Below, in pieces: positions 1 to 12,665 of a stretch of 64,000 nucleotides of DNA. Each line of letters starts with the position of its first letter. Within the stretch, counting starts at the first letter, position 1. The stretch is from Auanema rhodensis (lineage: Eukaryota > Animalia > Nematoda). A program made the translations under genes and the position numbers. The notes beneath the pieces are model-generated. The model did not search any database, was not told where the DNA came from, and saw nothing but the letters and a program-made list of their open reading frames with translations. The stretch is taken from NCBI GenBank assembly GCA_964057225.1, contig OZ059899.1, positions 13,020,001 through 13,084,000 on the forward strand, read 5' to 3'.

Positions 1-3000
1 CCCTGGATCAGTTTTCATATTGCTTACCAACGTATAATTTTGACTTACATCAAATCAAAGTATTATCTTGCTTTCCAGGGCTTATCGCACGCTTTTGCGA
101 TCAGCATTAATTGATAATGTCAAGGTGTCCAAAATTACAACTTTTTCTTCTAATTTACTATGCTCGTTAAGAATTCCACCAACAGTAAGTTCTATTACTC
201 ATTAGGGTATTCAGATAGATTTTCAGACAATTCAAGCTCATAAGAACTTAACTCGTTTCTACTCGTATCATTTACTTCGTAAATCTCCACATGTTCGTGG
301 CTACGGTTTGTATTTATTCATTTCTCTTATAATCGTTCAGTGATTTCAGAAAAACGTGAACAAAGTATCTTAGTTAAGGAAGTTGATAACCTTCGACAGT
401 TCATAGTAGAAACAGAGTTATTTGATTTCGTATCTGTCTCTCTTTTTGAACGATTGATACATGAACAGATTTCCTGTATAACTTCTGTAAGTATCTTTCA
501 ATCTATTTATGGCAATCTAATTATGCTAATGCACATTCATTGTGAATATTATTTCACGTGTTTCACGTAAATTAATTTTCAATTCTAGCAAGCACTTTCA
601 AATAACCGGTTGCTTCTAAACATTTTCATAATTTTATATTTATATTTATAAATGTTTATTGCAGGTTTATTGTCTGTTCAATATGATGTGCAAGAGAATG
701 AGCAAAGATTCATTGAATCAACTCTTGCCTTCCCTGGCTTCTCTATTATCGCACGAATCTTCTATTAAGGCATTCAAGAGTTATAATATATACACGAATA
801 ATTTAATTTTTCAGTTGATTGATCGCAGATTTCTATTATCGGTATCAGTTGCTTATGGAACTCCTGTATTCCTTGATCGATTTCTTCCTGCACTTGTTGA
901 AGCTGCTGCTTCAAAGCATTTGAATCGCAGTATTGTCGCAAAGGATAGCTTGCTGTGGTATATACTTCTATGTATTAGAATACATACATATATATATGTA
1001 TTTTACAGGTTGGCTAAGCGTCTTGGCCCCGTTGTTACTGTTCGATTCATAACTTCAAATCTGCTACGGATATTACCATCATCCTTCGACGGACTACTGC
1101 TGGCTGGAGGCAATGATAGTTATAGCGAAATTGTAAATTATTTTTTTCTCTACTTATATATCATGAATCTTTATAGACTACTCTAGATTTTATTCTTGAT
1201 GGAGACGAATGGTGCCAACGAGTAGAATCAGCTCTAGCGGAAATAGCTCTATCATACAGCATAACATTTGTGACGGTATATTTATAGCTCTAACGTTCAT
1301 TAATTTGAGAATACATCATAGGTGCAATATCTTCCATTTTGTGTTGATTACGTTGATCAATGCTTTCGTAGAATTACGGCGAATTTGGAAGGAGGCTTAA
1401 TTGCAATTTATAAAATTTTATCTCTTTCAGTGAGAATCATGAACGATCAAGAACTTATGAACTACTTAGAGGTGAGTATATTACACCCATATCTATAATA
1501 CTGTTCAGTTTGATTTTTGAATTTTATCTTTTATTCTTTAGGATTTCATAATCGACAAAATTCTGCTGAAAATAATAAAGTTTTCTCTCTTATCTTCTAC
1601 TTCCTTTAGCACTGAGAGAAGTCGATTGATTGTTCTTAGCCGGGTAAATATCAACTTATGAAATTCTTCGAATTTTTGTTATTTACAGGCAATTTTAATT
1701 TTGCACACTATTGCTGTTCGAATTGGTGCTGAGAATACAAGAATGCATGCCAGAAAACCATTCGAAGTTTTGTTTAATGCTTTTTGTGAACAAGCTCAAA
1801 CTACAGAAAGTCTAACTGTAGCTAAAAAACCTGTTGGAACATCTGAGGTTTCTAATAGCTGAAATGTAATTTATATTCACTATAACATATATAGAATTTC
1901 AATATACCTCTCTGGATAATGTCAGAAATGATTGATAAGTTTGCTTGTTTGTGGGGCGTACCTCTTCTATCAGCACTTTGCCCAAATCCTCCATTTCTTG
2001 TGCCATTCATTAGCTCAAAAGGTAAATAAATAATATTTTCTGATTATATTATTTGTTTTTCTAGTGTTATCAGCTGCAGCGGATTATCAGCAACCGTCAA
2101 TTTCGCCTATTCCATCATTTAATTTTGGTGGTGGATTTTCTTCTGGTAACAGATTATTTTCTCAATCATCATCATCACCTCCTAGTGTCGGAGGAGTTGG
2201 GTCAGTTAACTATAATAATGAGATTGGAATGAAATATATATGTTCCAGACCATCTGAAACAGGATCGTTATCAGCTATTTGGTGTGCTCGAGTATCTGCG
2301 ACTGCTTGTTCTACTTATTCCAACAAGTAAGTGCAATGGTCTCATTTTCACATCACGGATTGAATATTTTTCTTTCATCTCTCTTTACCATTTTGCAGAC
2401 AAAGTTTACGATTTGATCACTTAACCCTATGTTCATTCGAAGGACATACTGGCTCAATTCGTTGTTTGGAAGCATTATCTAATGAGAATTCATATATTTC
2501 AGGATCATATGATAGGACAATCAAGTTATATCACTAGAAAGAGGCACATTTATAAAACTATTCTTTAGGTTATGGTCCATGAATCCTGAATATGAGAAGG
2601 TTGAAGCACGTTGGACATATCGAGGACACACAAGACCAATTCTAGATTTGATGAGCGTGCAAGATAATTTTATAGCTTCAACTGATGGCGTTGTTCAAGT
2701 AATGCTTAGACTTTATCATCATTTGTTTCAAAACGGTTTGTAGATATGGGATCCCTTCCGAGGTTGTCGAGTATCTCAGATTGAATGGAATGAGGGGACT
2801 ATCTGCTCAATGGCGCAAATAGACCGAAGTACTGTAGCAGTGATATCAAGTCTGCACTCTACTGTTCGGTAAAAGCTATTAATTGAAGTTCGCTTGTTAT
2901 TGAAATCTACAGATTGTACGATGTACGTGATGGAAGCAAATTTTCGGAACTGCAGGTATCGCCCACAACAGGCTTAACACGTGCAATTTCTGTGCGAAAT

Positions 3001-3685
3001 TCAGGTAATACTAGTCATATGCTTTTTTTCATGATAAGACTTTATCTCTTTTCATGCTTTATATAGTGTAAAGTTGTAGGAGAGAAAATGGCAGTGACAT
3101 TATCCAATGGAACTATTGTTGTTGCCGATGGCCGAACTGGGAAACTCTGCTCGCTTTCTCATGGAAATAGTACTCACCCCACGTCAGTGAGCTGGTTGTC
3201 ACAGTCTAAATTCTTGGTGACTGATACTGACGAAGCAGCTATGGTATTTACGCGTTTTCTCTTTTTGCTTTTTACTGCTTGCAGATTTTTTCCGCTCAAC
3301 CCAGAATAACGTCATACCGCCGTTTAAGTGATATCGTTCTCCATGCCCATTCGAGTGGAAAAATATTAACTACGATTCAACCAAACAATACACTTAGGTA
3401 ATGATTGAATATTTTCGTTTATAAACACGTAGCCAGGACTTTTTACGTGAATACGTTCTAAATTGGCTTTCAGTTGTAACTACTATAACCCCCCCCCCCC
3501 CTTGATTATCATACAATAATATTCAAACCTTGTTTAGAGTGTATCAAGACGAAGAAAATTTATGCTTGGATACTCGTCTCAAAACCGATAGTATACCTGG
3601 TGTATCAACATGTGCTTTGCATTTACCTCTGAATAGCGCTTTTCTCATTGGAAGTAGCCAAGGCGCTTTGAAATTGATGTGCTGA
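1..3685 (+). CDS. sorf-2: WDR81/SORF-2-like BEACH-WD40 endolysosomal protein, 3' part (5' end lies outside the window)
   Basis: Spliced translation includes WLAKRLGPVVTVRFITSNLLRIL and the WD40 start LCSFEGHTGSIRCLEALSNENSYISGSYDRTIKLWS, both WDR81-like. Further WD repeats (YRGHTRPI, VQIWDPF) follow, ending ...GSSQGALKLMC* (TGA 3683-3685). Many ~45-nt introns. Confidence 0.85.
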
Positions 3686-4646
3686 TTTTGAATATTCATG
3701 CCATCTACTTAAACATTTTCACCTCATATATCTGTAGATATTGCTTGTACTTATTTATTCTTTGTATTGTACAAAAATATTGTATCAAATTGTGATAGGA
3801 GCTCTTATTCATGTGTTGTCTTGCTTTTAATTTTCTGAAAGCTCTTTTGCGTGTCTATATCTGTGATATTTTTCTCTTAACATTGTGATCATTTTCAGTT
3901 TTGTCATATATTTTCAATAAATATGAATATATTGGATCGATCACTTGTCATTATGGAAGACTAGACCAATTTGAATGCAATGAAGCTTCTGGTTTCAGCT
4001 TCTCTTCTGAGTCTAACGGGTCAAGCTGTGGACATAACATGTGTTTGCTCAGTTGATGGCCGAGCAACCGTCTCCACACCCATTGCTTGCCCTACGACCT
4101 CACACAGACACTACTCAGGGTATCTGCTTCTTCAAACAGTAGCTGAAGCAGTGAGGGGAGTGTTCTTCACGAACATCTGCTCAACGTCTCCGAAGCATAC
4201 TGCCGTTTCGAAAATTCCCACATTTTTGGACCCGTTCCTACAGGCTTCCGACCAATCCCCAATTTAGGTGTCTGTAAGCTTCGTCATCAGTCCATGCGGT
4301 ATCTTTACCTGGAACACTGTTTTTTTCAATTGTTTTCATAGATTTTTACGCTTTGTATTAATATTCGTCTTATTTCCGGAAAGAACAATATGCAAGTGGA
4401 CACGTATCAAGGTGTGGTATTTACTTAATGAAAATTTGATACAAAATCTCAAAAAAAGACAAGAGTTTGCAACAAAATGAATAGCTATTTTTGCTAGTAC
4501 AATGCATTCTTGAGTAGAATTTCGATTATTTCAAAATATCGATTATCAAATTTAGCTAAACTAATTTCCTTCAATTATAATACAGAACTGCAGACACATC
4601 TAATAAATCTAATACATCTTTTACTTTATTTACTTTCTACTCACAG

Positions 4647-5492
4647 CTGCCAACCCGTGTTTGGTCGTCCATTACCATACAGCCTGATGGGCAACGCCAT
4701 CTCAACTGCGGCAACTTTGACCAGAATCCTGATTACAAGTACCACTGGAGGTTTAATGGAAGTAGCATACTACCATCTATGACACAGATACATAAACAAG
4801 ATTTAATGTGCTTCGTCATGAATATGATCCTAAATTTATTTATCTTATTTCAGCTTCCTATCAGCATCCAATGCTGAACGTCATACTTTGCATGGAACAT
4901 ACGAGTGTTGCGTTCATGAGCTACTTGGAAAAGCATGTTACGCTCAATTTGTTAATGTGACAGGTAGGTGTCGTCATAAGACCAAATATTAAGCAAAATA
5001 TTTAAGATCGTCCTCGACAGGAAGGAATAGATTTGTTAGATAAAGATGTATTGAATGGGAAAGAAGGAGATACATACTATATTCGTTTATTCCGTCAAAA
5101 TAAACGAATTGATGCCGTTCACTGCATTCAGATACCAGACATGATACATGTAGCAAGTAACATCAAATATCCAGTATGTTCAACACTATATTCACCAAAT
5201 ATTTCAAATTATCTTACAGGTTTTCCATTCTAAATTCTCAAAACAGTCAAATCCATACCATTTACGGATCGAAAAGTTTGGAAAAAGTAATGTTCATAAA
5301 TACAATTGCACAATGAGATTCAACAAAAAGGTTTATTTCTCTTAAATAATGATATATTGAAGAAAAAATATTTTTTAGGAGCATACATATAGAATATTTG
5401 AAGCCAAGTTTTACACGGAAAACTCAAAATCGTCATGTGCTTTTGTTCTTTTAATATCATTCCACTTTGTTTTAATTTTATTGACTTTATAA
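4647..5492 (+). CDS. zig-7: Two-Ig-domain cell-surface protein with a hydrophobic, GPI-signal-like C-terminus (ZIG family); 5' exon unresolved
   Basis: Five exons join in frame: ...GQRHLNCGNFDQNPDYKYHWRFNGS...GTYECCVHELLGKACYAQF...EGDTYYIRLF..KRIDAVHC...PYHLRIEKF..KYNCTMRF...SKSSCAFVLLISFHFVLILLTL*. The Ig C/W/YxC pattern and the ECC..LG.ACY motif resemble my recollection of C. elegans ZIG-7. A possible signal-peptide exon lies at ~4341-4410 (FLRFVLIFVLFP). Confidence 0.65.
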
Positions 5493-5629
5493 TAATTGGT
5501 TCTCACTAAATAAAGGACTAACAAGAAATGAAGATAGTGCTTATACATAAAGTGGAAGTCGCAATACATTGATAACGTTTCCCACCCCTCACTAGGGTTC
5601 CCAACACATTTATTTGGCGGTCGGTAACT

Positions 5630-6210
5630 ATGCATCGTCTGTTACTTAGCTTTTTATCCCGTTCTTATTTCAATAAAACAATATATTATATTGTAACACT
5701 AATTGTTGTTTAGAACTTGTTCAACTCGAACAACCAACATCATTACAAATGGGAGTGAAAAAAGCTTTACTACCTCCAACACAAAAACCAATCTTAGGTA
5801 ATAAAAAGTTATTTATCGTTTCAATTCAAAAAAGAGATTTGTTCCAGAAAGACCTGAAAACGATCGGTACATTGAAAATGAGCTATACATGATAAGTGAA
5901 AGCTCTCAGCAGGTTTTGTATTAAAGTCATGTTTTTGTTTGTTTGTTTCATATTTATCTTATTGAAGGAAAATGATCTTCAATTGACTACCCCCCTGTTT
6001 CCACCGAAACCCCTTCGTGGAGTAAAGCCTGAAGGATGGTGTGGACCAACATTGACAGATACGATTAATCCCAAAGCGTAATTTTCATTTCAACAATCCT
6101 TTTTTATTAAATTTATTTTCAGATCTGATTCGAAAAAACAGCTAGATTATGACTGCATACATTCTGTTTCAGTTCAATATAGACCGAATGGTACACGATT
6201 TGAACAGGTT
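5630..6210 (+). CDS. Unknown spliced coding region; ends unresolved, possibly decayed
   Basis: Exon-like blocks flanked by short GT-AG introns translate as ..LVQLEQPTSLQMGVKKALLPP.., ..PLFPPKPLRGVKPEGWCGPTLTD.. and ..LDYDCIHSVSVQYRPNGTRFEQ. No confident homology. Confidence 0.4.
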
Positions 6211-6728
6211 TGTAAATTGCAATATGAAAACAAAATGGACAGAGATATGACGAGTAGCCCAATCAGATAGGAACGATTGAATTTGTTTTTTTAATTTTTT
6301 TTAAATTTAAGAAAAGTAAGATCGGGCCGTCTCCAATCCCTCTCACTCCAGCAAATCATTAAATAACTTTCACGTTACGCGTATATGTATAGTTTTCATA
6401 TTTATGCTAATTTTATAGGATAGTTGTTGGGTAATCGCGTACATAATATTTTATAAAAAAGATAATATTAGTTTTTATTAATTCTTTCTAATAAAGTTGT
6501 TGATTAGAATTTGTATTTCATAATATATTTGTTTAAAATAAAAATCTTTAAAGTTGAAATCTTATTTGAAAACAATGTTGTTGTATGTTGCCATTACGTA
6601 TTAAATGATATTTTATTTATATAGCTATTCTATTCATTCATTTGGATATATAGTTTATAATGAAATTGATGATAATACTATTTATATAACAACAGGTATG
6701 TTCAGTTTTACATGAACTCATTGCGCTA

Positions 6729-7056
6729 TTTTCATCAGAATACTTTCAGCTGCTATTAATTCCGTATACTAGTTGTAAATGAAATTATTTGATAAATATT
6801 CAGATATAATATGTTTCTTTTTTCTAATATTTTGATTAATTCGTTGTTTTAACATATTTAGTTTTATCATTTACGCTTTTAAATATGTAATTGATTTTAG
6901 ATTTAATACGTAAAACTGTTGAAAAATGTAGATAAACTATATACGAAATACTTGAATTTTCATCATTTGTGGGTTACAGCAGGCTCCCTTCAGAATACTC
7001 TGTCTGTACATTGTTGACGTACTGTTGACAGTATGAAGTGAAGGCTTTTTCAGATA
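6729..7056 (+). pseudogene. Decayed tandem duplicate of the promoter and exon 1 of the adjacent chemoreceptor
   Basis: Near-identical to 7063-7514 but lacks ~130 bp that include the ATG (GTTGAA-AAATGTAGATAAAC here versus GTTGAATGGCT...CACATGTAGATAAAC in the intact copy). Confidence 0.85.
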
Positions 7057-7253
7057 ATATTTTTTCATCAGAATACTTTCAGCTGCTATTAATTCCGTAT
7101 ACCAGTTGTAAGTGAAATTATTTGATAAATACTCAGATATAATATCTTTTTTTTCTAATTTTTTGATTAATTCGTTGTTTTAAGATATTTAGTTTTACCA
7201 TTTACGCTTTTAAATATGTAATTCATTTTAGATTTAATACGTAAAACTGTTGA

Positions 7254-8436
7254 ATGGCTGATTGTCCTAAAGTTCTTGAATATCCTCCAAAATGGTATGC
7301 ATCAGCACATTATTTGATTGGAATTATAATTATTCCTGTTTCATCTTATACTTATTTTGTTATAAATAAGATAACTATATCACATGTAGATAAACTATAT
7401 ACGAAATACTTGAATTTTCATCATTTGTGGGTTACAGCAGGCTCCCTTCATAATACTCTGTCTGTACGTTGTTGACGTACTGTCGACCGTATGAACTGAA
7501 GGCTTTTTCAGATAACTGTCAGCTATATGCCGGCTACACTAGCTATATCATTAGGATTTTTATCAATTAATCCACTTTGGGATATAATTATTGATGCTAC
7601 ATTTCAAGTTTTCATAACTGTTCTGGGATCTGTGCTAGCACTTCATCGCATGCTTCTCTATCTGTATGGCAAGCATGTGCCAAAATATACTCATCTGATT
7701 GCTGCATGCTATTCCTTTATATGTGGTGTTACCTATCCATCATATTTGATATTTTTTGGAATAATATATGATAAAGAAGAATCATATGACTTATTGAGAA
7801 AGGTTATAATATCATATAGTTTATACTATATAATCTAACTAATATTATCTAAGATATGTCCTGAGTTTATTCCTTTAACTGAGAAGTATTTTGTAATGTT
7901 TAGTATATCATATCATATACAAAGCATAAATAATGTATTGATATTAACATGTGTAATCACAGGAGCTGCTTCAACTATTTTTTTATATTACTCCTATACT
8001 TATTTGATGAACAATTCCTTGAATATTAGTAAAAAAACAAAGCAATTACAGTTTAGATTACTGCTGAGTATTACACTACAGGTTCGAATGATTTAATTAA
8101 GCTTCAACCAAAGCTTTTTCTTCTTTAAGCTTGCTGTTCCAGCTACGCTTCAAACCTTGCCTGGTCTATACTTTGCGGTTATTGTCACCAACAACACTGC
8201 GGTACCATTAGGTAATAGAACAGTTTCTAACAATAATAATCAAATTTGCCTCAGGGGCATCGTTACTAACATGGTCATTTGGTTCTTTTGATGCAATTTT
8301 TAATAGTTTTATATTACTTTATCTTAATCCATCATACAAAGCACGAGCTAAAATTGATTTGAATTCCCTATTATTCTGCTCAAAACAACCTCCACGTGCT
8401 GTAGTCATATCAAGAAGAATGCCTTCGAAATATTAA
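7254..8436 (+). CDS. Nematode serpentine chemoreceptor (Str superfamily, Srh/Sri-like)
   Basis: Five exons with hydrophobic TM segments, the family-type motif ISKKTKQLQFRLLLSITLQ before TM6 and ILLYLNPSYK after TM7. Stop TAA at 8434-8436. Confidence 0.8.
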
Positions 8437-8481
8437 TGCATATGTTTGAAATTTTTTTAAAGATTAAATCATTATAATATT

Positions 8482-8622
8482 GAAAGGTTCTACCACAGTT
8501 TATACCATCCCGCGACTGAAGCCCCGCCCCTTTTGCAAAAAAGCGCACAGTTGCTTGAAAATAATTTGAATTAATGCTTGGGGGAGGGTGGTATAAACTG
8601 TATAAACTGTAGTAGATCCTTC
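8482..8622. mobile_element. Short MITE-like element with imperfect terminal inverted repeats
   Basis: Left end GAAAGGTTCTACCACAGTTTATACCA; reverse complement of right end GAAGGATCTACTACAGTTTATAC. The interior is more GC-rich than the flanks. Confidence 0.6.
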
Positions 8623-8822
8623 TGAAAATTTGTTAATATGTATATACTTATAAATAAAAATCTTCAAATCGATACGATTATCAATTTCAGCTAAATTAGA
8701 TAATTCGATTTTTCTTTAATCGTATACCAATTTTTAAGCTTGCCTTTTCAGCTTACATTCCGTAATCAATAGAAATTAATTATGAGAAACAAATATTTTT
8801 CGAAGAAGTACATCGATTGTGG

Positions 8823-8902
8823 CTCGAGAACTATGCTGAAAACCCATGAGTCCTCGAGAACTATGCTGAAAACCCATGAGGCTTCGAGAATTATGCTGAA
8901 AA
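8823..8902. repeat. 30-bp minisatellite, ~2.7 copies
   Basis: CTCGAGAACTATGCTGAAAACCCATGAG(T/G)C occurs twice, plus a partial third copy. Confidence 0.9.
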
Positions 8903-9475
8903 TCGGATAATCGAAAAATAGTTGATAATCAACATAATTATTGATTTTGAACTTTTTCGATTTTGTGTCGAATCGACTTGAGTAATCATTTGCAAGTATA
9001 GTAGATACATATGTATTATACTTGCAAACGATTATCGAGATGAGTCCTATACCGATCAAGTAGCTTGCCTGTTTAACATCTTCTATTCATTTAAATTAAT
9101 TATGGGAAACAAGTACGACACGTATTTTAAATATATTCGCCCTCAATATGATGAGAAAGGCTTCTTCCAATGTAGAAAATGTTTAGTTCTAGAAGCATGT
9201 TGCTAAGCTGAATCTTTCAAATTTTTTTGAAAGCACACCCAAGTGTTCCTAGGATGAAGTCAATATGCTGTTTGCCAAATTCATATCTTCTGCTGTACCA
9301 AAATAAATTTTGTTTTAAATTCAAGGAAGAGCACAGTAAAATCATTTTTTTTATTATTATATCTTAATCAGAGAAAATTTTAGATTTGTACAAAAGGCAG
9401 GAAAATAAAAATGTTTTGAGAAGAATTTGAAGTATCCTAGTATCCAATCCTGGCTACCTATTGATACTCATAGAA

Positions 9476-11950
9476 TCAATAATAAATTGAGCATTCTGTT
9501 GCATCAAGACGATATAGTTTCTAGAAAAGATGTTATAAATATTAGAAAAAAGATTATAATTAGCATAGTTAACTAAGCAACTAGGTAAGTTACCTTTGTA
9601 TATGTGCCAGTAGGTTCATTAACTGATAAGGCAATAGGCCTAAAGCGACTTTCACGACAAACTTTATCTTTTCGAAATAAAAATCGTCTATAACATAATT
9701 TGTGGTTAAATAAATAAAAAAACTATTATTTATAACCTAACCTTGTCATTCCTCCATGTTGTAATAGCATAGCATTCTGTTCACTCATGAAAGGAAATGT
9801 ATGAACTTCATGTAAAGCCTAAATAAAACCAAAGTTATATACATACATATATCTATAGATAACTATATACATATAGTATATGTATATAATAGATTTGATA
9901 TAACTTACATGGCCAACACAACGATAGAAAGTAACTTCTTTAACTTTATTTGATGGTCCAAACAATATTTTTGAACTGAATGGCCATAAACAACATGGCT
10001 GATCTCTATAAATATAAATTATCAATATTATAATTCATAAATGAAACATACAATCCTTTTTTTGGATCACAAATATGTGAATATGTTGGTCTTCGTTTCA
10101 ATTCCTCTGTATGTATTTGAATTGTTGACTAAAATATTAGATTAACTATATGTATAGATAGATAGATGGATAGATAGATGTAACAGAGCTGCTTCGATCT
10201 TATAATTCCATCGGAAAATTTTTGATTCTCCAACCAAAAAAAAAAATTAAAATTTACAATTTCAGTATATAATATTATAAATACTGATTGTTTTTTTAAA
10301 AATACAACAATAGAATTTGATCGGATATCGTTCCCGATACGAAATCCAAAAATCGGATCTCTCCGTGAATTTTTTTGATCTGAGAAGCAGCTCTGTCATA
10401 ACTATACAGTATAATAGGAAATACAAAATGAAAAAGTGATGAAGGAAAATCAATTTTTGGAAGAAAATTAGAAATTTTCTTTAATTTACAAGAGGAAAAT
10501 GTATATTAAAAAATGTTTTTTAATCGATTTGTATTAATAAAAATTTGAATAAAATATGCAGAAAATGGGATTTTTTCAATTTATATTTCCTATATTGTAG
10601 GAAGATAGATGTATATACTCTAACTATCTATACTAACTATATGTATAGTATAAATACTTGAATATTAACCATATTGATCTAATAAATGAATTAAAATGAA
10701 AAACATACTTTCATATTTCTTGGAAGTAAATAAGCATTGTTCCAATGTCCATCAAGAATTAAAGCAATTTCACGTATTGTCATATATTCATCTAATTTAT
10801 TTTTCTAAACTATATGTTTAGCGTATATGGTATCTCCTATCTATAATTTATATTTTATAATTAATATATGAGATATTAACCTGATTAAATACAAAATGTT
10901 TATCATCAGTTTGTAGATCAGATTGATATACTGTTAATGGCATCAGAATCAGTTGTGTTTCTCCTATATAAATACTTTTATTATATGATGTTAGTTAAAG
11001 ATAAAAACCTTCATAACATATAAATACTCGAAATTCTTTACGATGATTTGGACGTGGACTCTCACGAAACCAACTACGAGGAACAGCTAAGCTCACACTG
11101 TAATGCACGTAGGTATAGGCTCAAGTTTGGAGAACTTCGGGGAAGGGGGTGCATGCGCTGAAGGATGTGCAGCTTAAACAGCATAAACTGAATCTGAACC
11201 CGGTATTCCGATGTTTCATCAACTGCACCGGGTCAAAAGGTCAGGACATAGATATTGAAGAGCATATTTTGGAGTTTTGGTGGTTACTTTGATACATGAA
11301 GGGCATATTCTAGTCCAGTATGCAGTACTATCCGACGGAATTCGATTAGGTCCCGTTTGTTTTACACACACATACATCCATACTCATGTTGTATCTATGC
11401 TTTATATAAATTAAAATATAAAATATTACTTGACAATTCGACCATTTAAAGGTACTGTAGGTCTGTAGATAATTCCATCTCGTGTTGGCATCTGAATATC
11501 ACGTAGTTGACGATCTGCTAAAGCTCCGCAAAAGCGTGAAACATTCATGGCACGTTGTCGAACTTGAAAGTTAAAAGTTTGAGAATATAATATGGAATAT
11601 TTGGGATTATATAAACCTCCAACTAAGTAGACAGTATCAGTTATATGATTTATTCCACGTTCAAATTGATCATCAATTTGTGAAGCTGATAAGGCTTCTC
11701 GTTCAACTTCTTCAATATCACGACGTACTGATGACACAACTCCATCAAGTACATGATTTTTATTATTTCGAATTAAAGAAACTAAAGAAGAAATTATCAA
11801 ACCTATCCTAGTTAAGTAAAACTAACCAGGCGGAGGAGGAATAACTTTGCTGAATAATCGAACAACTCCAAAAAGTTGTTCAAAAGCTGATAAAGTTGGA
11901 AGATCTATATGAAAGAAGAGAACGAGAAAAACAAATCCACGAAGTTTCAT
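9476..11950 (-). CDS. Divergent TGF-beta family ligand (DAF-7-like), 377 aa: signal peptide, prodomain, KRR site, 116-aa mature domain with only 6 Cys
   Basis: Ten exons (11950-11827, 11781-11430, 11097-11009, 10963-10881, 10804-10709, 10128-10052, 10005-9909, 9818-9742, 9687-9594, 9520-9476), all GT-AG and phase-consistent. N-terminus is MKLRGFVFLVLFF. Mature part reads PTYSHICDPKKGLDQPCCLWPF...FYRCVGHALHEVHTF...DKVCRESRFRPIAL...LDATECSIYY*. Confidence 0.75.
10183..10396. mobile_element. MITE-like insertion in intron 5 of the TGF-beta gene
   Basis: Perfect 13-bp inverted repeat ACAGAGCTGCTTC ... GAAGCAGCTCTGT, extending imperfectly inward (GATC). Confidence 0.65.
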
Positions 11951-12578
11951 TTACCTGATGATGAAAAAAATCTTTTTTTTTCTCAAAATTACAAAAGAAT
12001 TATTCTGAAAAATGATTATAAGGTTTGTGTGGCCATCTGAAAAACAAGGTCACTTCTTAATATTGAAAATGAAGAGAAAGAGAGAGGAGGGGGTTAGAAA
12101 GAGGAAGAACAAACAGGGAGACAAATGTTACAGAAATAAAGTGAAAGAGAAAGAGAGAGAGAGAGAGAGAAGAATATTTTTGAGGGAAAAAACTAAAAAT
12201 TGATCAAATGTATTGTATATAGATTATGAATAAGATTTAATCATTAAGATGAATATAAATAATAGAATGAATGAATTAGAAAAAGAGAAATCAAAAACAT
12301 TTTAAAGACAAAGATGATGACTGAGGAATATAAGATTTAGATTTATAATGATAATCTAGTTAGAAATGAAGAAAAATGTAATAATTTGAAGACATTGTGA
12401 TACTTTCATAGATGCCGTTCATTGATACTCCGTGTTTAATGGTTAAATCTGAAAAGTTTTTGGGATTCTTTGATATCATATCGTATGATCAACATCATCA
12501 TCGATTTCTTGTTTCATCACTTGTAGCCTTTCCATGGTATTACTTGGTTTTAAATGAAATGAGGGGAAACATAGAACT

Positions 12579-12665
<87 letters not shown>

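Noticed and set aside
8823-8902. Possible CRISPR-like array
   Set aside because: The repeats are contiguous with no unique spacers and the context is eukaryotic, so it is a plain minisatellite.
12400-12450. Upstream exon creating a uORF whose stop overlaps the TGF-beta ATG
   Set aside because: Several competing acceptors exist nearby, so it cannot be supported without transcripts.
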